Assembly (NCBI GenBank): GCA_963662945.1
Contig: OY759974.1
Location: 2,433,316 to 2,497,315 of the forward strand
Source of the DNA: Arcobacteraceae bacterium
GTDB lineage: Bacteria > Campylobacterota > Campylobacteria > Campylobacterales > Arcobacteraceae
Direction of reading: 5' to 3'
DNA length: 64,000 bases
Positions 45,429 to 56,800 of the stretch are shown here, one piece after another. Position numbers and translations under genes: made by a program. The notes under the pieces are model-generated. The model searched no databases. It saw only the letters and a program-made list of their open reading frames with translations, and was not told the origin of the DNA. Position 1 is the first letter of the stretch. The number at the start of each line of letters is the position of its first letter.

Positions 45429-48017
45429 CTAGTTAGTTAGCTTATTTGCCAGTTTTTTAATATCTAGTATTGTTAGAAGTTGGTTATCTCCATTTTGTTC
45501 TACGGAAACTATACTTTGGATTAAAGCACCACCAGTAATAAGATTGTGCTCTAGTGGTTTAAGTTTTTTTGTTTCTATATCAATGATATTTTCTAATTTA
45601 CTTACTAAAAGTCCTACAAAGTGGTGTTCTTCACTATCTTCATAATCCACTATTACGATTTCATTATAGTTTGTATCTACAGGTTCTTTAATAAATGATG
45701 AAATATCTAAAACACTTACCGCCATTTTGTTATAGATGATGGTACCTTTGAAACAATTTGTATCGTCAAAGTTAATTGCTGTTTCTAGTTCATTTATACT
45801 TACTGATTTTACAACATCTTTACAATATGAACCAAGATATTTACTTCCGATTCTAAAAGTAGCTATCTCTTGACAGTCATTACAATCTGATTTTGTGATT
45901 TCATTACTTAAGAGTTTTGGTTTTGTTGTTTCAATTGGTATGTTTGCTTCACTAATATATGAAAAGAAAAATGAATATACATCATTTTTATAATCATCAC
46001 TACCATTTTTAAACTCTCTATATCCGTTTGAACATTTTACACCTATAGTGTAAAATTTGTTATCTAAAGTGATAATTTCACTATATGTTTCACCATTTTT
46101 AAGATTGAAAAATTTATCATCTATATCTAAAAGTGTACCAACTTTATATTCCTCTTTTGATGAAGAAATAATTGTTTTATCTTTTGAAGTAAATACCCCA
46201 AATACACCATTTTTAACTTCATCTTTTACAGTTCTTGGCATTGATTCATCTATCATAGCTTTAAATTCAACTTCTGAATCAAATACAATACCAATACCAC
46301 CTACAATTATATTTTCATTTTTAGCTGATTTGATTGGTGCGTTGTAAATATAGGTTGGTCTACTATCATATAATTCTGTTTTTTCAAAATCAGAAACACA
46401 ATATTTTGAAGCATCTTTCATAGTTAATGTTTTATTTGACCAAATAGTATCTAACTTTTTACCAATAAAGTGTTGTTGGTCATCTTGTGAAACAGCTATT
46501 ATTACCCCATTTTTATCGTATATAAATAAATTTGTATATACTGTATAGAGATTGTTGATATATTTTAAAGTTGATGAGAGTTTTTCTTTTTGTGTATTTG
46601 TAATACTTTCATTATCAAGAGTACTTCTAAATTCTGAATTTAATGCCCACCATCTACAATCATTTGCTCTTTCATAAAGATTTCTATCCATAATATCAAT
46701 CATAAGTGAAGCTATAGAGATAGTATCATTTAAAATAATTGTTTTTGTAAGATTAATGATTGATGACTTGAAGATATTTTTTGTCTCTTCCCCTGTTTTT
46801 GCAATCTCATTTAAAAGCAATCTTGAAAAACCTTTATCTGAATCTTTATCTTTACTTTGCGATACATTACCATTCCATACAGCACGGTTTAGATTTTCTT
46901 GAATATTATTTGCTTGAATTGGTATTTGTTTTAATTCATCTGAGAAATTATCTCCATATTGTAAAATAGCCTGAAGAATATCATCAGAGATATCAATATC
47001 ATTTTGATCTTCTAAAAATGCGTGTTCTAATGGAACCATAATATGACCATACCAATCAAGACCTTTAAATCCTTGATATCCCTTGGTAGCAGCTGTTTTA
47101 GAAAGATAATATCTTCCCCCAAATGATACAATTTTATGCATACCTTGTGTTGCAATCTCTAGTTTTGCATCAAGAGGTATTTGGTATTTGTCACTACTTG
47201 CTATTACAAAACCATTTTTATCTAGAAGTGTAAGACACTCTTGATTGTTTTTATCAACAAGATTGTTAAATATACCATTCATTTCATCAGTAAATCTAAA
47301 ACAAAGAGCTAATACACCAATCGCTTCTGAATCTTTTTCATTTGTCTTTGTTACCTTATAAGAATAAACTAATGTTTTTTTATACTTCGGTGAAAAATCA
47401 TGGTATTTGTATGTTTCTATATAGTCTTCATGTGTATTTAAAGCTAATTGTATAATCTCATCATGTGATTGTTTTAGTTTTGTTGATTCATCTAAATTTA
47501 CTAAAACATTTCCATGTGTATCCATAAGAACTATATCAAAATAAACACTATATTTTTTTACATATTCCTCAAATCTATTTTTAAGAGAACTAATATTATT
47601 TTCATAAGATTCATCATATTTTGAGATAGTTTTATTTAAAAAATCTCTTATCTCATCATCTGTAGCTAAAAAACCAATATCTGCTGTTCTTTCAAAAAGA
47701 TTTCGTATAACAATATCAACTGCAATCTGTGCTTTTGCTTGCATTTGTCTTGATGTTTTTTTGATTGTTTCGATTCCTAAATGATTTAACAATTGTTCTG
47801 TTAAATTTGCAAAACTCTTTTTTGTAGAATTCATATCAATATTATTTCCGCCAAGTTGCCCCATAATTGTTAGGTTGTCCCAGCTTTTTTCTAATAATTG
47901 TAAATTTTCTCTATAATCCTCTACAGATTCCATATGTTTAATATAAGGTGCTATATTTTCAAATATTCTTAACCCCTTATAGATTTTCAAGCTTTTATTT
48001 AATCCGCTATTACTCAC
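45429..48017 (-). CDS. Soluble protein with two Cache-like repeats and a C-terminal CheW-like domain
   Basis: Repeats RNLFERTADIGFLA and RNLYERANDCRWWA; C-terminal ATFRIG...GLLVSKLENI...ILDI; no TM helix. Confidence 0.82.
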   Translation of the reverse strand: MSNSGLNKSLKIYKGLRIFENIAPYIKHMESVEDYRENLQLLEKSWDNLTIMGQLGGNNIDMNSTKKSFANLTEQLLNHLGIETIKKTSRQMQAKAQIAVDIVIRNLFERTADIGFLATDDEIRDFLNKTISKYDESYENNISSLKNRFEEYVKKYSVYFDIVLMDTHGNVLVNLDESTKLKQSHDEIIQLALNTHEDYIETYKYHDFSPKYKKTLVYSYKVTKTNEKDSEAIGVLALCFRFTDEMNGIFNNLVDKNNQECLTLLDKNGFVIASSDKYQIPLDAKLEIATQGMHKIVSFGGRYYLSKTAATKGYQGFKGLDWYGHIMVPLEHAFLEDQNDIDISDDILQAILQYGDNFSDELKQIPIQANNIQENLNRAVWNGNVSQSKDKDSDKGFSRLLLNEIAKTGEETKNIFKSSIINLTKTIILNDTISIASLMIDIMDRNLYERANDCRWWALNSEFRSTLDNESITNTQKEKLSSTLKYINNLYTVYTNLFIYDKNGVIIAVSQDDQQHFIGKKLDTIWSNKTLTMKDASKYCVSDFEKTELYDSRPTYIYNAPIKSAKNENIIVGGIGIVFDSEVEFKAMIDESMPRTVKDEVKNGVFGVFTSKDKTIISSSKEEYKVGTLLDIDDKFFNLKNGETYSEIITLDNKFYTIGVKCSNGYREFKNGSDDYKNDVYSFFFSYISEANIPIETTKPKLLSNEITKSDCNDCQEIATFRIGSKYLGSYCKDVVKSVSINELETAINFDDTNCFKGTIIYNKMAVSVLDISSFIKEPVDTNYNEIVIVDYEDSEEHHFVGLLVSKLENIIDIETKKLKPLEHNLITGGALIQSIVSVEQNGDNQLLTILDIKKLANKLTN

Positions 48018-48133
48018 TTGTTACCCTTTATACTATTTAATTATTTTTCATAATGAATTATATAAATCTTCTTTATAAAAGTAAACGAATATGTTGTATA
48101 TAAAGTAAACATTTACAATTATGTAAAAAATTA

Positions 48134-49372
48134 TTATTTTATAAATAGAATAAAATTAAAGGTTAAAAATAAAATATTCAGTAGAATAAAATTTTTTTTA
48201 CTAAATATAGAAAAAATACTTATGAGTATATAAAAAAGGAAAAAGACTAAAGGTGTTGCAACTTCTATAGGCTTGATAGGATAATTAATAAGAAAGAGTA
48301 AAATATTATCCAATAAATTACCAAGTTGTAAAATATGTAACAAGGCAACTAAAGGATAAAAAAGAGTAAATAAAAGTGTAAAAATAGGGGAGTACAATTG
48401 TTCTATAGTTGTTGTAGGAAAGAAAAAATGTACTATAGGGTTCATTGCAAGATAAATCCAAAAGTTAAATAAAATAAATTGCAGATATTTATTAAAGTTT
48501 TTAAAATAATGTAGAAATAAAAAAATATAAAATACACCCGCTACACTAAACCATAAAGAAAGTGAAAATAATAATTTAGGAAAGAGGGCGATTATAAAAA
48601 GTACTACGATAAATAGTGTTTCAAAAGAAAGAAGTTTAATATTATTACGTAAAAGAAACAAAGCAAATACAAACATTATAAATGCTCTTAAAAGTGATGG
48701 AACCATATCAACAAAAATAAGATAACTAAAAAGTATGATACTAACTACAATCATAATATCAAATCTTTTATTACGATATGGAAAATAATTTTGATGAAAA
48801 GAATTATAAAGTAAATGAAGTATAAAATAAAGTACTAAGCTTACGACACCTAGATGAAAACCTGAAAGTGCTACAAGATGTGATATCCCAAAATTTGAAC
48901 AAACATCTCTCATTGTTTTATCAACAGGTGTTGCTAAAAAAAGTGCATTATAAAGTGATCCAATACTTTTGTTTTCATGTTGATTACTTATAAAATGAGA
49001 AAGAGTAGTTTTTGTATTTGAATTCTCTAGTATGGTAATATTAAAGCTTTTTGTATAAAACCCTTTTAAATAATCATAAAAAGTGATTTTTTTTGTAACA
49101 ATAAAAATATTGATTGTTTGTAATGTTTGATAAGATGTGTTTTTATTTACTGAAGTAAAAAATGTAAAATCAGTTGTGTGTATTTTTAGTATATTATAAT
49201 CTACTTTGTCATAAATATTTACTATCTCACCCTTTGTTTGAAATATTTCATTAGTGGTAAATTTTTGATATTGGAAAAAATTAAGAGATATATTAAAGAG
49301 AAAAACTATAAAAAGAAAAAGAAAGAGGTAGCCCCTCTCTTTAGTGTTTTTAAAGAGAGGTAAATGCTCCAT
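48134..49372 (-). CDS. comEC: ComEC/Rec2 competence membrane protein (no beta-lactamase domain)
   Basis: GISHLVALSGFHL, PSLLRAFIM, SLWFSV. Confidence 0.92.
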   Translation of the reverse strand: MEHLPLFKNTKERGYLFLFLFIVFLFNISLNFFQYQKFTTNEIFQTKGEIVNIYDKVDYNILKIHTTDFTFFTSVNKNTSYQTLQTINIFIVTKKITFYDYLKGFYTKSFNITILENSNTKTTLSHFISNQHENKSIGSLYNALFLATPVDKTMRDVCSNFGISHLVALSGFHLGVVSLVLYFILHLLYNSFHQNYFPYRNKRFDIMIVVSIILFSYLIFVDMVPSLLRAFIMFVFALFLLRNNIKLLSFETLFIVVLFIIALFPKLLFSLSLWFSVAGVFYIFLFLHYFKNFNKYLQFILFNFWIYLAMNPIVHFFFPTTTIEQLYSPIFTLLFTLFYPLVALLHILQLGNLLDNILLFLINYPIKPIEVATPLVFFLFYILISIFSIFSKKNFILLNILFLTFNFILFIK

Positions 49373-49381
49373 TAAATAAAA

Positions 49382-50569
49382 TTATGTTAGTGATGATGTT
49401 TGATAAAGATGCATCAATCCATCATAGAAATCTTCACATTTAAATTCATCTATAACACCTGATGATGTTGATAGATTTTGATAGATTTTTTTCAATGTAG
49501 CTTTTCTTGATGGATAAAGTTCACTTAAAATTATCGCTGAAACTTCTTTTCTCATTAAGATTGCTGGAGGAATAATTCCTAGTCTAAAAAGCTCCATAAT
49601 TGATTCATTGTGATATTTTACATGATGATGACTACCATGTGGACAAGCATTTGTACTAACAAGTGTTGTACACTTATCACAATACACAAATTCACTCATA
49701 ATTTCTATTTTAATATTGAGTGTTTCAAGGGTATCAACTATAGATACAAATTCATTATGATCCCAGTATGCACCAAGTCCAGCATGGTTTTGTCCAATAA
49801 TAAGTTTTGTAGCACCATAATTTTTTGACACTATTGAGTTAAGTGTAAGCTCATTTAATCCACCAAAAATGTAAGTATTTTCTAAAGGAAGAAGTATCAC
49901 TCTATCTTTTGGTATAAAATTATCTAAAAAGTATTTAAGTGTTTGATATCTTACTTTGTAACTTAATCTTCCATCATCGTGATATGGTTTTTGTAAGAAG
50001 ATAATTAATAAATCACACTTTACAAGTGCTGTTCTTATAAGTCTTTCATGAACTCTATGAAATGGTTTTCCTGATAAAATGATAGAAGAAACATTTTTTG
50101 CTTCAAGATTTACAATAGTTTTATTGATTTTTTTGATATTGTTTCTAATATCATCAAATTCAATTGTATATTCTCCACAAACAGCAATATTCCCAAGTCT
50201 TTTATACGTATCTTTTACACCAGGATGTTCTGGATTATTTGTTCCATAGATTTTTTGAATTCTTTCATCTTTATTGATGTGAAATATCTCATCAACAATA
50301 AGTTGTCCACACTCTTTATCTTCACATATAAGAGTCAGAACATCTCCTTTTTTAGCATTTTGTAAAACAATGTTGTTTCTTTTTCCTGCAGGTGAAAGGA
50401 TAAAAGAGAAAGGGAAAATAGAACCATTGTAAAGCCCAGTTGCATTTACCTCTTCTGATTCTTTTTTATTCATCAATTTTGTAACTGGTTTTAGTAAACC
50501 ATCTCTTGCCATAGCAAGTGTTGCTACAGCTTCTCTATCGATATAAAGTAAGTTATTTGAAGTTTTCAT
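49382..50569 (-). CDS. ATP sulfurylase-like protein with altered active-site motifs
   Basis: PUA-like N-terminus (GLLKPVTKLM, HPGV), PFHRVHE, NYGATKLIIGQNHAG, CDKC...CPH. Confidence 0.85.
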   Translation of the reverse strand: MKTSNNLLYIDREAVATLAMARDGLLKPVTKLMNKKESEEVNATGLYNGSIFPFSFILSPAGKRNNIVLQNAKKGDVLTLICEDKECGQLIVDEIFHINKDERIQKIYGTNNPEHPGVKDTYKRLGNIAVCGEYTIEFDDIRNNIKKINKTIVNLEAKNVSSIILSGKPFHRVHERLIRTALVKCDLLIIFLQKPYHDDGRLSYKVRYQTLKYFLDNFIPKDRVILLPLENTYIFGGLNELTLNSIVSKNYGATKLIIGQNHAGLGAYWDHNEFVSIVDTLETLNIKIEIMSEFVYCDKCTTLVSTNACPHGSHHHVKYHNESIMELFRLGIIPPAILMRKEVSAIILSELYPSRKATLKKIYQNLSTSSGVIDEFKCEDFYDGLMHLYQTSSLT

Positions 50570-50574
50570 CAGTT

Positions 50575-51492
50575 TTACTTAAATGCCGGTTCTAAAAATG
50601 GAATAATTTGTTTTTTTCTACTTAAACAACCTTTTAGCCAGAATTGATCATTTTCTATTTTTACATCCCAAGCTTTTTCAACTACATCAGGACTATCTGT
50701 TGCTACTAAGATTTGAGAACCCATTTCAATAATATCTGTTAATACTAAAAGAACAGTATCATTTCCATCTTCCTCTTTTAGTTTTTTGATATCTGCTATT
50801 AGCTCATCTTTAATGCTATCAAAAATTGATAAATCTACAACTTCAAGTTGTCCAACTCCAACTTTATGACCATACATATCAAAGTTTTTATAATCTCGTT
50901 TTACAAGTTCTCGTGTAGGTACACCTTCTACTTGTGATTTTACTTTAAACATCTCCATACCAATTGCTTTAAAATCTTCAATTCCAGCAATAGCAGCTAA
51001 TTCTTTACAAGCTTTTGTATCTATTTTTGTACAAGTAGGTGATTTAAAAATTACTGTATCACTTAAAATTGCACACATCATAGCACCAGCTAAATCTTTT
51101 GGAATTTCTACTTCATAGTAGTCAAACATCTCTTTAATAACAGTATTTGAACATCCAACAGCTCTAATCCAAACATCAAGAGGACCAGCAGTTACTAGAC
51201 CACCTAGCTTATGATGATCAGCAATCCCAACTAGATTTGCTTCTTTTAAATCATCAGGTCCTTCTGTGTAGTTATTATAATCAACCATAAATAGGTCACA
51301 ACCAGCAAAAGATGTTTTAAGTTCAGGAGTTTCAAGATTAAATTTTTCTAAAATATAAGCAGTTTCAGGGTTGATATCACCTTGTCTTACTGCTTTTGTT
51401 TCTTTCCCAAGTTTTTCCTGTAAATAAGCCATAGCAATTGCACCAATTATACTATCGCTATCTGGTATTTTGTGTCCACATGTGTATAACAT
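50575..51492 (-). CDS. ppaC: Manganese-dependent inorganic pyrophosphatase (family II, DHH)
   Basis: GHKIPDSD, DHH, AILSDT..FKSPT, SRKKQ. Confidence 0.96.
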   Translation of the reverse strand: MLYTCGHKIPDSDSIIGAIAMAYLQEKLGKETKAVRQGDINPETAYILEKFNLETPELKTSFAGCDLFMVDYNNYTEGPDDLKEANLVGIADHHKLGGLVTAGPLDVWIRAVGCSNTVIKEMFDYYEVEIPKDLAGAMMCAILSDTVIFKSPTCTKIDTKACKELAAIAGIEDFKAIGMEMFKVKSQVEGVPTRELVKRDYKNFDMYGHKVGVGQLEVVDLSIFDSIKDELIADIKKLKEEDGNDTVLLVLTDIIEMGSQILVATDSPDVVEKAWDVKIENDQFWLKGCLSRKKQIIPFLEPAFK

Positions 51493-51680
51493 TTATTATC
51501 CTATAATTTGATTTTTCGTTATTGTAATATAGTTGTATTAAAAATATGGTTAATTATAGAGTAATTTACTGCTTCTATTTAATAAAATTTCTTTATTTAA
51601 GCTTTAAAATAAAAAGTAATATTTATTATAATTATATAAAGTTTAAGTTATAATTTTTCACTGAATAGTGGAGAGTATAA

Positions 51681-53813
51681 ATGGAAAAAAGAAAAATTAT
51701 TTTAACTATTATATTTGCAGTTATTATTGTGATTCTCTATACTATGATGAGTCATGGAAGTAAAAGAAAAATTGAAGAGTTTAAATTATCTAAAATAAAA
51801 CAATATGAATTGATTTATGAGTCTATATATAATAAATATGAGCAAAGAGCAGAAATAATTTTAGATACAGTAGTAGATGATAAAAAAGTTTTAGAGTTGT
51901 TTTCCAAGCGAGATAGAGAGGGACTATATTTATACTTAAAAAATAAATGTGAAATTTTTAGCAAATATAATCTAAATCAATTTCATTTTCACTTACCTAA
52001 TAATGATAGTTTTTTAAGATTTGATAGACTTAATTTATATGGAGATAGTCTAAGTGGTATTAGAGAAACAGTATCTTATGTAAATAAAAATAAAGTAGCA
52101 ATAGATGGATTTGAAGAGGGAAAAATTTTTAATGGATATAGATATATTTATCCATTATTTTATGATCAAGAACAAAAAAAATATCTAGGTAGTGTAGAAG
52201 TTTCCTTTTCTGCATATGGTATGATAAGTGAAATTATGCAGCTTTATGATGCAAAGGCAAACTTTATTATTTCAAAAGAGATAGTTGATAAAAAAGTATT
52301 AGAATCAGAAATGACAAATTATATTGATTCTCCATATCCAGATTATTATTATTTGAAGGCTATAAAGGACAAATTAACTATTGAGTATAGTAGCATTGAT
52401 ACAAATTTGCCAAAAACTATTACTGATGAAGTTACTAAAAAGATAAAAGATAAAAAAACTTTTGCTATATACAATAATGATAAAGAGATGTTAGAGATAA
52501 TTATTCCAATACTCAATCCTATATCTACAGAGGCAGTAGCAGCAATAATTATAGAAGTAGAATCAGAGTTTATTCAAAATAAAAAAGTAAATTTTTTTAT
52601 AATCTTTTTTATTATAGTACTATTATTAAGTATAATCTACTATATAATTTTTAGACTTTTTACACTCAATAGCAAACTTTCAGACAATCAACAAAAACTC
52701 TATTCTATTATAAATGAAGCAAATAGTGGTATCGCTACATTAGATAAAGAGGGAAATTTTTTAGAAGTAAATTATATGTATACTAAACTTTTAGGATACA
52801 CAAGAGAAGAATTTAAAACTTTAAATTGTATAGAGTTAAGTACTGCTAAATATGAAAAATCATCAAGACTAATATTAAGAGAAGTTCTAGAAACTGGAAA
52901 AGTGATAAATATAAGAAAAGAGTGTATATCCAAAGATGGTACTATTATACATATGGAACTTTCGTTCAATAGATTACCAGATCGTAAATCTTTTGTAGTT
53001 GTAGCAAATTCACTTGATGAAAAATTAAAATTAGAAGCAGCACATAAAGAATTAAAATTATTAAATGAAAACTTATATGAAAAAGTGAAAGAACAAGTAG
53101 CTAAATTAAGATTACAAGATAAAATGCTGTTCCAACAATCAAAATTAGCTGCTATGGGAGAGATGATGGATGCAGTTGCTCATCAATGGAAACAGCCATT
53201 AGGGGTGATTCAATTAAAGGCAAATGAGATTGAAATGATGGTTAGTTTTAATGAGCTAACAAATGAATATGGATTGGATGTATCAGAAAAAATACAAAGA
53301 CAAGTGAATCATCTTATTGAAACAATTGATGAGTTCCGAAGTTTTTTTAGACCTAAAATGAATTTAGAAGAGATAACCATAAAAAAACTTATAGATTCAA
53401 CCTTGTTATTAATGAAAGATGAACTTGTTAAAAATACGATACAAACTACATTTATTGGTGATGAAACTTTAACAGTTAATCTTATCCCAAATGAGTTTAA
53501 ACATGTACTTCTTAATATAATCAGTAATACAAAATATGAATTTGAGAGACAAAATAAAAAAGATGCAAAGATAGAGTTTATGGTGGAAACATTCAATGAT
53601 ACAATACAATTAAAAATTCAAGATAATGCAGGAGGTGTTCCTGAAGACTTAATCTCTACTATTTTTAATGTAAATGTCACTACTAAACCTGAGGGAAAAG
53701 GTACTGGGATAGGGCTTTATATGTCTAAAAATATTATAGAAAAAATTCATGGAACAATTAGCGTTAAAAATAATGATAAAGGTGCATTGTTTATCATATC
53801 TATACCAAAATAG
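51681..53813 (+). CDS. Sensor histidine kinase (Cache periplasmic domain, PAS)
   Basis: 2 TM; FHFHLP..SFLR, GFEEGK; PAS; AHQWKQP, DNAGG, GTGIGL. Confidence 0.95.
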   Translation: MEKRKIILTIIFAVIIVILYTMMSHGSKRKIEEFKLSKIKQYELIYESIYNKYEQRAEIILDTVVDDKKVLELFSKRDREGLYLYLKNKCEIFSKYNLNQFHFHLPNNDSFLRFDRLNLYGDSLSGIRETVSYVNKNKVAIDGFEEGKIFNGYRYIYPLFYDQEQKKYLGSVEVSFSAYGMISEIMQLYDAKANFIISKEIVDKKVLESEMTNYIDSPYPDYYYLKAIKDKLTIEYSSIDTNLPKTITDEVTKKIKDKKTFAIYNNDKEMLEIIIPILNPISTEAVAAIIIEVESEFIQNKKVNFFIIFFIIVLLLSIIYYIIFRLFTLNSKLSDNQQKLYSIINEANSGIATLDKEGNFLEVNYMYTKLLGYTREEFKTLNCIELSTAKYEKSSRLILREVLETGKVINIRKECISKDGTIIHMELSFNRLPDRKSFVVVANSLDEKLKLEAAHKELKLLNENLYEKVKEQVAKLRLQDKMLFQQSKLAAMGEMMDAVAHQWKQPLGVIQLKANEIEMMVSFNELTNEYGLDVSEKIQRQVNHLIETIDEFRSFFRPKMNLEEITIKKLIDSTLLLMKDELVKNTIQTTFIGDETLTVNLIPNEFKHVLLNIISNTKYEFERQNKKDAKIEFMVETFNDTIQLKIQDNAGGVPEDLISTIFNVNVTTKPEGKGTGIGLYMSKNIIEKIHGTISVKNNDKGALFIISIPK

Positions 53814-53816
53814 TTG

Positions 53817-56800
53817 TTATGATTTTGGTAGTGTTATTGTAAATACTGCCCCAGTATATTCATTATTTTCATATGAAAATGTTTCATTTGCAGCTATTAA
53901 TGTACCTTTAAAACTGTTTTTTATAATTTGGTAGCTCATATAAAGTCCAATACCTGTACCAATACTTTTATGTTTTGTAGTAAAATAAGCATCAAATATT
54001 TTTGGTAAAATTTCATTTTGAATACCACCACCATTATCTTTAATAGAAAGTATTATATTTTCATCTGTAGTGTATAAATCTATAAATATAAAGTTGTTTT
54101 CTAAATTTTTAGAAATCAAAGCATCTTTTGAGTTGTTAATTATGTTGATTATTACTTGGAGTAATTCATTTTCATTCCCAATAATTTCTAAATCATCAGC
54201 ATTGGTAAGAATTTTTATATTATGACTTGTAAAGTTCTTCCCAAACATTTGAATTGTTTTACTAATAATATTTTTGATATTAAAAACTTTATTCGTTTTT
54301 TCAGGATTTAGGAAGTTTTTAAAATCATCAATTGTTGCTGAAAGATAATGTGTAGATTCTAAAAGGATATCTAAGTTTTTTATCTCATCTTCTTTATTAA
54401 AGATATTGTATTCTAGTTTTAACTTAATACCACTTGCAACTGTACTAATTACACTCAATGGCTGTCTCCATTGATGTGAAATATTTGCTATCATTTCACC
54501 TAGTGCTGCCATTTTTGACTGCTGTATTAATAATGTTTCTTTTGATTTTAATTCAGTTAAATCCATAACAGTAGTAATTCTTACAAGTTTATTTGTTTTT
54601 ACTAAGTTATTGCCTCTTACAAAAGATGGGAAAGTACTACCATCGTATCTTTTCATATAGATTTCATATGGTTTTGTGTAGTTTTGTCCAATATTTGTTG
54701 TTACAATATTTATATAATCATCTGCAACAAACTCTATAGCTTTTTTTCCTAACATAAGAGACTTTTCAGGATAACCGTATAAATGTATTGCTTCTTCATT
54801 GACATCTACACAATACCCGTTTTCAAAAATAAATACTGCTTCCATTGTAGAGTTTAAAATATGTCTTATTTCATTATAAGATTCATTGAGCTCTTTGGTT
54901 CTTTGTGCTACTTTTTTTTCAAGATTTTTATTAAGATCTTGAAGCTCTTTTGTTTTTTCATCAACTATGTTTTGTAAATTTTTATTTGCTTTTTTCAGAA
55001 TAATTTGTCGATAAACTATAAATAAAGCGACAATAAAAATAACTACCAATATTTGCCATAAAATTGTATAGTCAATTTTTTGTTCATATTTTATTGCTAA
55101 CCAATTATTCAATATATTTTGACTTTGTGTTTTATCAATACTTTGAACAACTTTTTCCATAATGTCCAATAAAATTGTATCATCATTCCTTACACCTATT
55201 CCAAGTTCCCATTTTTCATCAAATTTACCTGCAATTTTTAATTCACCTGTAAATTGTGTTTGAAACATATACCCAACACTTGCAAGTGTTCCTATATAAC
55301 CAAAGAGTTGCCCATTTTTTACTTGCATCAATCCTTTTTCAAGGGTATCAACTTCAATAATATTTAAAAATGGATATTTTTGCTTAAAAATTTCAACAAA
55401 TGCATACCCTTTTGGAATTCCAATTTTTTTCCCCTTTAAAGCCTTGATGTCATTTATAAAAGTAACATGAGTTTGAGTAGCTATTACAAGAGGAACACTT
55501 AAATAGGGTGTTGTAAAATTCATATATTTTTTTCTTTGTGGGGTTTCCATTACCAGCGAAAGAAGATCACATTTTCTTTGCTTTGCAAACTCTAGTGATT
55601 GTTCCCAAGTTTTAGTTGGTATAACTTCTATTTTTTTCCCAAGATTTTGTTCAAATATTTTAAAATAATCAGCACTTATTCCTATATATTTCCCTTTTTC
55701 AAACCTTTCAAAAGGCATCCAACTAGGATCTATACACATAGTAATTGATTTTTTATTTTTTAAATGTTCTATTTCAAGTTTTGTAAAATGAATTTTATTT
55801 ATTTTTGATAGGGTTTCATTAACACCTAACCATCGTTTTGTAATATTGTTTTTTTCTTCTTGAGTGACATTATCCATAGCTTTTTGTAAGATATTTTTTA
55901 ATAAAGGTTTATCTTTTGCTACACCTATGCTTATATCAAAGTTTAGAGCTTTTTCAATATCAAGTTTGACATTTTTTATATATAAGTTGTATTTTTGTAA
56001 GAAATAATTAATAACTGCAAAGTTTTCAATTAAAGCATCAGTTTTACCTTCAATAACAGAATATATACATGCTAAAGTGTCATCATATGTTTTTATTTTA
56101 ATCTCTGGATAGTTTTTTTCTAAAAATTGAATTAAATAAAAATCATCAGGTATAGCAACTATTTTTCCATTTAGATCTTTTAATTCATTGATATTGTCGA
56201 GATTAGTAAATATGGATTTTGTTAATCCTTTATAGGGTGTAGTTAAGTTAAGAAATTCCTCTCTTTTTGAAGACTTTACAATATTTAACATTACGTCGAG
56301 TTGCTTATTTTTTATCATTTTTATAAACTCTGCCCAACTAGGACCTGTAATATATTCAATTCTTAGACTTAATTTTTTTGCTAATAGATTCATATAATCT
56401 ATAGAAAAGCCCTTTGGTGTATCATTTTCGTTATAATTAAATGGTGCCCAATTTTTCTCATTGTGTACTCTAATTGTTGGATGAGATTTTAAATAATTTT
56501 TTTCTTCATCCGTTAAAATTATTTTCTTTTCATCTGGATTATAAATAAAATCTGTAATTGCTATATTACCTTTAATAAGTCCCATAAGGTTATAAATATC
56601 GATAATCCTCTGAATTTTAGACTCTTCTATCTTCCCAAGAATAGGAGTATTGTAGTAAGCAAGTTTTTTTAATGTATTTGCTTCATAGAGTAAAGCTTTT
56701 TGTGTTTTATGTTGTGTATTATATTTTTTTAGTATAACATTAATTGTTTCATCAATATTATTAAAAGCATATTCCCATCCCATTAAGGAAGCTTTTTGAA

